IMG/VR virus record: IMGVR_UViG_3300032356_000001 | Length of the DNA: 57,438 nucleotides | From: a virus | Strand: one strand, 5' to 3' | Shown: in pieces, positions 36,930-44,371 of the stretch | Position numbering within the stretch: position 1 is the stretch's first letter | How the letters are laid out: every line of letters starts with the position of its first letter | Translations under genes and position numbers: made by a program | The notes under the pieces: generated by a model | Seen by the model: only the letters and a program-made list of their open reading frames with translations | What the model was told of the DNA's origin: nothing | Database searches by the model: none

Positions 36930-37279
36930 CAGTCGTCACCTCCCTCGCCGAGACGAACCGTGACAACACCGCCGAAATCCGTCACGCGACAACGGAACGC
37001 CAGCTCGCGCGAGATGGTCATGAAGCTGGCGAGGTCGTCGAGGATGCGTTGGAAGGCGTCCCATTCGTCCGCGCGGAGACAGCGGTAGCGACTGCCGTCC
37101 TGCGGGTCGGGTACGCCGTAGTAGACGCCGCCCTTCGTGACGAGTCGTCGCACGCTCTCGTAGCCGTCGACAATCTCGCACTCCGTCGCCACGATTCCGT
37201 CCGCTGCAGGCTGTACCACCACCTGCGGCTCGTTCGCAGTCGTCGTCTCGTTTACCGTGCGCTTGCGTCGGGTAGCCAT
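36929..37279 (-). CDS. Hypothetical protein (116 aa), first gene of the tail operon
   Basis: Leaderless ATG 37279, 6 nt downstream of the -10 box. Confidence 0.5.
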   Translation of the reverse strand: MATRRKRTVNETTTANEPQVVVQPAADGIVATECEIVDGYESVRRLVTKGGVYYGVPDPQDGSRYRCLRADEWDAFQRILDDLASFMTISRELAFRCRVTDFGGVVTVRLGEGGDD

Positions 37280-37285
37280 CGCTGA

Positions 37286-37291
37286 ATTATA
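37286..37291 (-). promoter_or_regulatory. -10 box (gGCGTATAATTc) of the tail operon, leaderless class
   Basis: Minus strand reads ggcgTATAATtcagcgATG. Confidence 0.6.
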
Positions 37292-37320
37292 CGCCGCGCG
37301 TTAGCCTTTGCGAGCGGATG

Positions 37321-37376
37321 ACTACATGTCAACCACATGTCGACTACATGTCAACCACATGTCGACTACATGTCGA
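37321..37376. promoter_or_regulatory. Array of five ACATGT hexamers at exact 11-bp spacing (2.5 copies of a 22-bp unit ACTACATGTCAACCACATGTCG)
   Basis: ACATGT begins at 37324, 37335, 37346, 37357 and 37368. The array lies 33-85 nt upstream of the tail-operon -10 box. Confidence 0.85.
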
Positions 37377-37566
37377 GTCGTTTCTGCTCGGTGTTCGGCT
37401 TCTTCGCGGGCTTCGGCTGGCTGGCACGCTTGCGCGGGATGCGCAAGGTGTATTGCGGCGTGCGCGGTTTCGCGAGTTCGTCGGTCACCTCGCGTCCGTT
37501 CAGTTCGCGCTTGAGCGCCTCGACGAGTTCGTCGCCGCTGAGCCATCGTTCGCGCTTGCGAGCCAT
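37366..37566 (-). CDS. Small basic protein (66 aa), MARKRERWLSGDELVEALK...; possible DNA-binding regulator
   Basis: Leaderless ATG 37566, 7 nt downstream of CGTACAATT (37574-37579); its 3' end overlaps the ACATGT array. Confidence 0.5.
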   Translation of the reverse strand: MARKRERWLSGDELVEALKRELNGREVTDELAKPRTPQYTLRIPRKRASQPKPAKKPNTEQKRLDM

Positions 37567-37573
37567 CGTTAGA

Positions 37574-37579
37574 ATTGTA
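37574..37579 (-). promoter_or_regulatory. -10 box (cCGTACAATTc), leaderless class
   Basis: Read directly; a second GGTATAATT lies at 37646-37651 on the same strand. Confidence 0.5.
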
Positions 37580-37660
37580 CGGCAGGAAGTGGAGTCGCGC
37601 GTCGTGACGCCTCCCATTGGATTCGAGCCGTGTGTGTGGTGACGAATTATACCGCATGCT

Positions 37661-37686
37661 TAAGGGTGACAATTTGTCACCCTTAT
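37661..37686. promoter_or_regulatory. Second copy of the TAAGGGTGACAAtTTGTCACCCTTAT palindrome, abutting the left end of the tnpB element
   Basis: 26/26 identity with 2565-2590. Confidence 0.8.
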
Positions 37687-37730
37687 ATCTGTCGCCTTTA
37701 TGCGACAGAGGAATGCCGCCAATCACCCCC

Positions 37731-37759
37731 TTGACAAATTCTGGAATGTAGGGTACAAT
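37731..37759 (+). promoter_or_regulatory. Consensus promoter TTGACA-17nt-TACAAT driving tnpB; GTG start lies 7 nt downstream
   Basis: Sequence ccTTGACAaattctggaatgtagggTACAATccaagcgGTG. Confidence 0.7.
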
Positions 37760-37766
37760 CCAAGCG

Positions 37767-38927
37767 GTGGAACTGACCGTTGTCGCCAAACTTGACCTGT
37801 CGCAACAGGATAAGGAGCGGTTGGAACGAACGCTCGAAGTGTTCGCCGTCGCCTGCAACGCCATCAGTCAAGTGGCATTTGCCGAGCGATGCTTCCATCC
37901 CGTCGCTCTTCAGCAACTGACCTACTACGACATCCGACAACGGTTCAACCTCCTCGCTAATTATACCGTCCGTGCCATTAGCCGTGTGGCAAAAGCATAC
38001 AAAACCGCCAAAGCCAAGAACCAACCCCTGAAACTTCTGACCTTCAAAGTCCAATCGTTGGATTTGGACGCGAGACTCTTCCGACTGTTTCTGAAAGACG
38101 ACGAAGTTTGGGTGAGCCTCGCGGCTTGCGACGGAAAACGAATCAAGTGCCCTGTCAAGGTCGGGCAACGCTACCTGCCAATCCTCAAAGCCTCCAACCC
38201 GACTTCTGCAGTTCTCAAACGCCACAGGGACGGAGAACTCTACCTGCATATCGCTGTTTCTGTTCCAGTCCCTAAGCCGAGCGACCCGCCACAGAATGTT
38301 GTCGGTGTTGACCTCGGCGAGATTGACTTGCTTGTGGCTTCTAACGGTGTTAAGATTTCGGGTGTAGAATCGATTGAGCGGCGCAAGCGGTTCCGTGCCC
38401 GACGGAGTATCCTTCAACGCAAAGGCACGAGAGCCAAACGGGCTCGGACACGGCTGGGCGATAAGGAACGCCGTTGGGCACGCAACTACTTGCATACCGT
38501 TAGCCGTCGCTTCGTCGATAGTCTCCCACCCAACAGCCTCGTTGTGCTGGAAGACCTCGGCGGTATCCGCGATCGCTGTAAGCGTCGCGGCGCCGAGCAG
38601 CGGGCGCAGTTCCACACTTGGGCGTTTCGGCAACTCCAGTTTATGATTGACTACAAAGCCCGATTGGCGGGTCATCAAGTGGTGTTCGTTAGACCCGCCT
38701 ACACTTCGCGAACTTGTCCTCGCTGTGGTCATGTCAGTTCTTCCAATCGTCTAAGTACCCGTCTATTCCGTTGCCAGCAGTGTGGCTTCCAGCACAACGC
38801 TAACTTTGTTGCATCCATAAACATTGCTACTCGTGCCGTCCAAGCGGGCTTGGGCGGTGCTGGGCTGCCGTCAACCAGCCTCAGGCTGAGAGAGTTCCAT
38901 CCTCTCTCAGCAAACTGTCGGCTTTAG
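37767..38927 (+). CDS. tnpB: TnpB (RuvC-like, OrfB_Zn_ribbon) with the third catalytic Asp replaced by Asn
   Basis: RuvC-I VVGVDLGE, RuvC-II LVVLEDLG, zinc ribbon CPRCGH..CQQCG. The RuvC-III position reads QHNANFVASINIA where NADxNAAxNI is expected. Confidence 0.85.
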   Translation: MELTVVAKLDLSQQDKERLERTLEVFAVACNAISQVAFAERCFHPVALQQLTYYDIRQRFNLLANYTVRAISRVAKAYKTAKAKNQPLKLLTFKVQSLDLDARLFRLFLKDDEVWVSLAACDGKRIKCPVKVGQRYLPILKASNPTSAVLKRHRDGELYLHIAVSVPVPKPSDPPQNVVGVDLGEIDLLVASNGVKISGVESIERRKRFRARRSILQRKGTRAKRARTRLGDKERRWARNYLHTVSRRFVDSLPPNSLVVLEDLGGIRDRCKRRGAEQRAQFHTWAFRQLQFMIDYKARLAGHQVVFVRPAYTSRTCPRCGHVSSSNRLSTRLFRCQQCGFQHNANFVASINIATRAVQAGLGGAGLPSTSLRLREFHPLSANCRL

Positions 38928-38945
38928 CCGACAGTAGTTGACCCT
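38880..38945 (+). ncRNA. Candidate 3' part of a TnpB omega/right-end RNA scaffold
   Basis: Two hairpins: ctgagagag-ttccatc-ctctctcag (38886-38910) and ctgtcggc-ttta-gccgacag (38915-38934). They overlap and follow the tnpB stop codon. Confidence 0.4.
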
Positions 38946-38948
38946 TAC

Positions 38949-41900
38949 TTATGTGAGGCAGGTCTCCCAGTTGATGCCGTCAGTGGAGCGTGCGATAGCG
39001 ACGGTTGCGCTGCGTTTGTAGGTGAGGTATAGCACGCGATGTCTGCGGTCGAGCGTGCAGTCGCCGAGGTCGTCGGCGTCGAAGGGTGCGCTGTCGAGTA
39101 TGCAGTCGGTTGGGTTTGTCCATGTGCGTGCGTGGTCGCGTGAGACTCGCATGCGCACGCGGCTGTCCTGTCCGAGTATCCATGCGTAGATGGCGTACTC
39201 CTCGCCCCAAGTCTGTATGAGGATTCGCTTCCCGTTCATCGTCCAGACCTCTGTGATTGTACCGTCGGCGGGCAGGATGGCGAGCGTGACGCTGGTATCG
39301 TGCTGGTATCCGATGAGGAGTTGCGGGAGGTCGGTACGGTCGTTGGCTTCGAGCGCGTGGAGCGGTCGCGGCGTGCTGCGCGGCGTGCGCTGCCTGAGCA
39401 GGGGCGGCGCGACGAATTCGAGTGTGTTGGCTTGCAGGGCGAAGTAGAGTCGGTCGCGCAGTTGCGACACGACGATGGGGATAGCGAGCGATGGCGAGGT
39501 CTGTACGGTTGCGGAGACGCATGCGTGCGAGAAGAAGGGCGTGGTGCGTGCGAGCGTGCGCGTGCCGACACGGATGCGCCACTGCTTGGTGGGGTGTTGC
39601 ATCGTCTCCGTGCCGTCGACGGACATGTCGTGTCGCGTGATGAGGTAGCGTCCGACAGTGCGGTCAGTCACCGTGCGCTGAGTCTCTGTAGTGCCCTCAA
39701 TCTCCCAGAGGTGCGCGTTCTCGTCGGGATGGAGATAGTAGCGTCGGCTGGGCGCGGCGAAGTAGCACCACTGTCCCCAGTTGCCTGTGAACCCGAATTG
39801 TGGGCTGAGCTGGAATCGGCGCGTCGGCAGCGTCGGGAGCGCGGGGCACTCGCGCAGGTCGTTAATCAGCCAGAGCGCGAGCCGAGTCGTGTAGGGCAGC
39901 AGCGCGGCGCGGCACATCTGCCTGACGCGCGGCACGCCTGCAGGATGACCGCCCGTCTCAACATCATCAATACCCCACTCCAGAATCTGCGCCATAATCG
40001 CGGCTGTGCTGGCTGCGTCTTGCCCCAGTTGCAGCTGGCGATAGAGGGCGGCGGCGTCGTAGAGCGTCATGGGCTGATGAGGCAACCGCACGCTCGGCGC
40101 GTTGCTCGCAGTAGGATAGACGAGCAGACCCCAGTTGAGCGTTTGCGGATTGCGCACATGGGAGTAGGTGTGTGCGCCGTTATCGGTGGCAATCGCGTTC
40201 GTGACCGAGTCGCGATAGAAGGTGGGGTACTCCATCACATACGGCGTCGGTGTGGTTTGTGTGATGGTGATGCGCAGCCGTGCGCCCGCGCGTGCCCCAA
40301 GCAGTTGCCAAAGCGTCGCGCGTCTGGCGTCGCCGAAGGTCGCGTTGCTTACCCCGTCGGCGTCCCAGTCGCTGCCAAGCTCAGAGTAGCCCGCTGCAAG
40401 CGCGGCGTATTGCCTGCGCCATGTCCCAGCGTACTTCGTGTCGTCTCCGTGCGGGATGGCATGCGTGCCGCGTGTGTTGGCGATGAGAGCGATCTCGTTC
40501 TCGGCGCTCACGAGTTCGATGTTGACGCTGGTATAGGCGGTGTCAGTCAGCCAGATACGGACGCGGTCAGCAACAGCGGGATAGAGGAACGGCGACGCGT
40601 TCCAGTCTGCCAGCGTGAATTCGAGCGTGTGTGTGGCGCTGGTTGGCGTGACGGTAATACCGAGCGGGGTAAACGCCAGCGTCGCGTTAGTGGCGCTCCA
40701 GCGCGGCGCAGAGTCGGATGTGAGCTGCAGGTCGCTCGGCGGGAGCCACTCCACGAGCGCAGGGCGCACACTGCCCACCCAGCCGCTCGGCACGCCGTAC
40801 AAAGCGTCAATCCACGCGCTCCATGTGCCGTGCGCGAGCGCATCGAGCAGTAAGTAGCTCCGTCGCCTACTGCGGATAGCACTTGGCAGCGCGGGATGCT
40901 CGATGTGCTGGCACTGATGCGGACGCCAATAATCCGCCACAGGCGTCGGCTCCGCTAACCCGTCCCCGTCGCGGTCTAATCCCCAGTTCTGCAACCAGCA
41001 GATGTACGACCACATCGGCGCGGCGTGCGTGTTCCAGAAGCGTGCGTGCAGGCTGCCGTGGCGATACTGCGGATGACAGTGCGCGTTGACCTCCAGCATG
41101 TGCGACTCGCTGTAGTTCACAAGGCTATCTGTGAGCGTGCCGCAGCATGGGTCAGTGCTGCCCTGGTAATCAGGCGGGCATACGGGGCAGGGCCACGGAC
41201 AGATGTTGTGCGTCACGGCGCGAGTGAGTGTGATGCCCAGCGTGTATGGGCAGTGCAGCGGCTCACCCATCGGCTCGTTGAGTGGGTTGCTCGCGCCGCC
41301 GTCATGCACATAAAGCAGCTCGTCGCGCTGGGGGTGGAGCAGAACGGGTTCGCTCAGCATGCTGCTGCACGGCGTCGCGTTGCCCGTGTCGCAGTTATAC
41401 TCCGTGCGCACGCCACTCGCATGCCGCGCGACGCGCACCTCTGGAAACTTAGCACGGTACATCAGGTATTCGTGCGTGAGGCTCTCGCCGAGCGGCACGA
41501 ACTCGCGCGGCAGGTCGGGCACGACCCACAGACTCGTGGCACGCTCGCGCGTGGTGGATGTCTGGCGGTAGATGGGAATCGATCCGTAGACAGTGTTGCC
41601 ATTTTCGTCGGGGCACGGGCAGCGACAGGTCACAGTCCCAATCGATGTGTTGCTTGCGGATGAGTGCTGCTCCGCGAATACGACCGCGCTCCAAGTGTCG
41701 TTCCCGCCGAGTTCGGGCGCTGGTGGCGTCTCTCCGCACGGGTTGCCAAGCAGCGGCTGGCGGATAGCGCGGATGGAATACGCTGTCCAGTCGTCTGCGC
41801 CATGCGCCCAGATGCGCCAGCCGCCCACGACGCGCACGCTCGACTCAGCGGTAAACGACCACGCTTGACACGCCCCGCCCGTGCTGCCAATCCCGCTGCC

Positions 41901-42395
41901 CGCTGTGGCGGTAGCGTGCAATCGCGACATAGCCATCGGCAGCCCCGCAGGCGCGAAGTAGGTGTCGTTCCGCACGCTGCCTGTCGTGGGGAGCGTGTGC
42001 GTGACCTCGACGAAGTCGACGTAATCGATGCCGGTGATGTAGATGCGCAGATTCGACCACCTGAATTCCCACGCGGGCGTGCCGTCCGAAAGCGGCGAGT
42101 TGTACCAGCGCGGCTGCTCGAACTCCACGATAAGCTCGTGCGCCTCAATCGGAGCCGTATCCGTGCGCGTCCAAGTCAGCGAGCCGAGTTGCACAGTTGC
42201 GACGCGCGAGGTGGTGGTTCCGCTCACAGTGAGCGCGAGGGTGAGCTTGAGGTACTCCGTGAGCGTGGATAGGTCGGGAGCGAATGGCACGGTCAGCACG
42301 CCGCTAACGCCCTCGCCGTCCGTGTTCTGCATGCTCGGCTCAATCCGCACGCGCAGTTGCATCTTCTCCCATCCGCCGACGCGCCCTGCGAACAT
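38949..42395 (-). CDS. Large fibre/receptor-binding-like structural protein (1148 aa) with C-terminal BNR/Asp-box repeats and a Cys-rich segment
   Basis: Asp-box-like VSRDHARTWTNP and ARSTDGINWETC; segment CPWPCPVCPP..CCG; size and position next to the lysis and tail genes. Confidence 0.5.
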   Translation of the reverse strand: MFAGRVGGWEKMQLRVRIEPSMQNTDGEGVSGVLTVPFAPDLSTLTEYLKLTLALTVSGTTTSRVATVQLGSLTWTRTDTAPIEAHELIVEFEQPRWYNSPLSDGTPAWEFRWSNLRIYITGIDYVDFVEVTHTLPTTGSVRNDTYFAPAGLPMAMSRLHATATAGSGIGSTGGACQAWSFTAESSVRVVGGWRIWAHGADDWTAYSIRAIRQPLLGNPCGETPPAPELGGNDTWSAVVFAEQHSSASNTSIGTVTCRCPCPDENGNTVYGSIPIYRQTSTTRERATSLWVVPDLPREFVPLGESLTHEYLMYRAKFPEVRVARHASGVRTEYNCDTGNATPCSSMLSEPVLLHPQRDELLYVHDGGASNPLNEPMGEPLHCPYTLGITLTRAVTHNICPWPCPVCPPDYQGSTDPCCGTLTDSLVNYSESHMLEVNAHCHPQYRHGSLHARFWNTHAAPMWSYICWLQNWGLDRDGDGLAEPTPVADYWRPHQCQHIEHPALPSAIRSRRRSYLLLDALAHGTWSAWIDALYGVPSGWVGSVRPALVEWLPPSDLQLTSDSAPRWSATNATLAFTPLGITVTPTSATHTLEFTLADWNASPFLYPAVADRVRIWLTDTAYTSVNIELVSAENEIALIANTRGTHAIPHGDDTKYAGTWRRQYAALAAGYSELGSDWDADGVSNATFGDARRATLWQLLGARAGARLRITITQTTPTPYVMEYPTFYRDSVTNAIATDNGAHTYSHVRNPQTLNWGLLVYPTASNAPSVRLPHQPMTLYDAAALYRQLQLGQDAASTAAIMAQILEWGIDDVETGGHPAGVPRVRQMCRAALLPYTTRLALWLINDLRECPALPTLPTRRFQLSPQFGFTGNWGQWCYFAAPSRRYYLHPDENAHLWEIEGTTETQRTVTDRTVGRYLITRHDMSVDGTETMQHPTKQWRIRVGTRTLARTTPFFSHACVSATVQTSPSLAIPIVVSQLRDRLYFALQANTLEFVAPPLLRQRTPRSTPRPLHALEANDRTDLPQLLIGYQHDTSVTLAILPADGTITEVWTMNGKRILIQTWGEEYAIYAWILGQDSRVRMRVSRDHARTWTNPTDCILDSAPFDADDLGDCTLDRRHRVLYLTYKRSATVAIARSTDGINWETCLT

Positions 42396-42397
42396 GT

Positions 42398-43420
42398 CTA
42401 TCCGAGCAAGTCCGCAAGCAAGACCGCCTGCGGATGCGGCCTGCAGTTCGGCGAGATGTAGAGTACCTCGCGAAGCGGATTGAGACTGACTTTATGTTTG
42501 CTTAATGACGAATATCCACCTTGTGTTCTCCAATTGATGATTCGCCATCCGCCTGCAGCGAGCCGTTCACACCACGGCGGGTTCAAGAACTCGTCATACG
42601 AGGAGAACACGATGCGCATCCACGGCTCGTGCGCGTGCTGGAGACACCACTCCATCGCCTCATAAGCGACTTCGTGAGATTCGTGCGTATACACATCGGC
42701 GCGGTCGGTGGCAGCATACGGCGGATCCATGTAGACGCCGACAGTGAGTTGGGAGCCCGTCGATTCTTTACCGCGCCAGTAGTAGCCTGTGAAGCATCGC
42801 GACCAGTCACCGCAGAGGATACGCACATAGCGTAGTCGCCTTGCGATAGCGTAGAGCTGCGCCGCGCCGCGCTTGTCAAAGATCGCACGACGTAGGTCGC
42901 CATCGCGCACCAGCAGCAGTTGGTAATTGCGTCGGTTGACCGAGTGCTGGGGTTTGGCTACATGGAGAGTTCCCTGCAATTGGACACCGCCAATCATGTT
43001 TCCGAGGCAGTGTAGGTGGTATGCAGCTGCGAGCGAGTCGCATGCGTCGGGATGGCTCTTAACGAGCTGTTCGATGCGCTCCTTGTTCTCGACGAGGTAG
43101 TTGTGCGCCGCGATGAGGTCGACTTCTGCAGGGGGACGATCGAGCCACACAGCGAGCGTTTCGGGGTCTTGTCGGATGCTCCGCCAGATGTTGACGATTG
43201 TGCCGTCGATGTCGTTGACGATCTCATGCACATTCGAGGCGATGGGCATGGGTCGCGCGAGCAGCACGGCGAGTCCGCCCGCGAACGGCTCGATATACGT
43301 CTGCGGGTTGCCTAACAGCTCCCAGACGATTGGAGCGATGCGCCGCTTCCCGCCGAAATACTTGAACGGCGGTTCAAGTCGCGTTGGACGCTTCGATGCC
43401 TTCGACGATGGCTTTGGCAT
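42398..43420 (-). CDS. dam: DNA adenine methyltransferase (Dam, D12 class)
   Basis: PPFKYFGGKRRIAPIVWELL..YIEPFAGGLAV and YMDPPYAATD. Confidence 0.85.
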   Translation of the reverse strand: MPKPSSKASKRPTRLEPPFKYFGGKRRIAPIVWELLGNPQTYIEPFAGGLAVLLARPMPIASNVHEIVNDIDGTIVNIWRSIRQDPETLAVWLDRPPAEVDLIAAHNYLVENKERIEQLVKSHPDACDSLAAAYHLHCLGNMIGGVQLQGTLHVAKPQHSVNRRNYQLLLVRDGDLRRAIFDKRGAAQLYAIARRLRYVRILCGDWSRCFTGYYWRGKESTGSQLTVGVYMDPPYAATDRADVYTHESHEVAYEAMEWCLQHAHEPWMRIVFSSYDEFLNPPWCERLAAGGWRIINWRTQGGYSSLSKHKVSLNPLREVLYISPNCRPHPQAVLLADLLG

Positions 43421-43928
43421 AGGCGATTCGCACCTCGCGCTGCAGGATCAGTCTGAGGTCGGCTGCGGAATCGATGAACCCGATTTCTACAAGCACGACA
43501 GGGCAGCGCATGGAGAGTATACCCATGCGTTTGCCCTTATGCCATGTGGATTCGTGTTTGAGCCCGCGTTCTCGGAGCGGGGACAGGAGCGGTTGTTTGC
43601 GGATTGCGGCGGTAATCGCCTGTGCGAGTCGTCGGTCGTCCTCGTCTCTGTACCAGATTTCCCAGCCTGTGCCGCCGCCCGCGTTGAGATGGATGCTAAT
43701 ACATGCATCGTACCGCTTGAGCAGCGACATCGCGACGCGCAACGGGATGGGTTTACCAGCATCTTCGCCGCGCGTGTAGTCGGCGGAATGTCCGCTAAGG
43801 ACGAGGTGGTGCTTGAGCGTGCGTGCGTAGGCGTAAGCGATGTCCGCCTCGCGCCTTTCAACGCTGTCGTGCGTCGCAACCGCGCCAGGGTCTTTCCCGC
43901 CGTGTCCAGGATCAATCAGCACGGTCAT
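43374..43928 (-). CDS. N-acetylmuramoyl-L-alanine amidase (Amidase_3) endolysin
   Basis: MTVLIDPGHGGKDPGA ... ISIHLNAGGG ... VLVEIGFI motifs. Confidence 0.9.
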   Translation of the reverse strand: MTVLIDPGHGGKDPGAVATHDSVERREADIAYAYARTLKHHLVLSGHSADYTRGEDAGKPIPLRVAMSLLKRYDACISIHLNAGGGTGWEIWYRDEDDRRLAQAITAAIRKQPLLSPLRERGLKHESTWHKGKRMGILSMRCPVVLVEIGFIDSAADLRLILQREVRIAYAKAIVEGIEASNAT

Positions 43929-44331
43929 TGGTTCGTTCTCCTCGCGATTCCTGATATTCCGAGAGTCTGTCGCGCAGCCATTTGGGTACAGGCGCGCCGA
44001 GCAGCGACATCTTCTCGCTGATACTTAGCAGCTCGCCGATGGTATAGAAGATGCACGCTGCGGTTGCAACACCCTCGATACGCACAACAGACTGCTCCAG
44101 CCATACAAGCGCGGCGAGGAAGAGCAGAATCATCGACTTGCGCAATATGCCGTCAGTGTACGATCGGCTGCGGAGCCGACGGCGTGCGCCGAAGTAGAGT
44201 AGCCCCGCAACGACATCAATCATCGCAAGCGTCGCGTAGATAACGATTGGATTCGCAAGTAGCGGGTGCGCCAGCACCGCTGCCGCGAACGAAATCGCCA
44301 CGACGAGCTTACCACCCAGTGCCGCGTTCAT
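43912..44331 (-). CDS. Holin (phage_holin_4-like, multi-TM)
   Basis: Three to four hydrophobic helices and GELLSISEKMSLLG. The leaderless ATG 44331 is preferred over ATG 44373. Confidence 0.7.
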   Translation of the reverse strand: MNAALGGKLVVAISFAAAVLAHPLLANPIVIYATLAMIDVVAGLLYFGARRRLRSRSYTDGILRKSMILLFLAALVWLEQSVVRIEGVATAACIFYTIGELLSISEKMSLLGAPVPKWLRDRLSEYQESRGERTNDRAD

Positions 44332-44337
44332 CGAGGA

Positions 44338-44363
44338 ATTATACGGCGGTTCCTGCGTATAAT
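44338..44363. promoter_or_regulatory. Back-to-back divergent -10 boxes (gGAATTATAcg / gCGTATAATTc)
   Basis: The minus-strand box is 6 nt from ATG 44331. The plus-strand box (44358-44363) is 8 nt from ATG 44372. Confidence 0.6.
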
Positions 44364-44371
44364 TCCCTGCC

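Larger units (their letters stand above)
37686..38945 (+). mobile_element. IS200/IS605-family tnpB-only element (no tnpA); boundaries approximate
   Basis: Similar subterminal hairpins flank the gene: ctgtcgcctttatgcgacag (37689-37708) and ctgtcggctttagccgacag (38915-38934). The element sits in opposite orientation within a minus-strand late block. Confidence 0.6.

Noticed and set aside
37322-37864. 180-aa minus-strand ORF spanning the ACATGT array, the small basic gene and the IS left end.
   Set aside because: It crosses promoters, the palindrome and the tnpB start in antisense. Only the short 37366-37566 frame has a leaderless promoter context.
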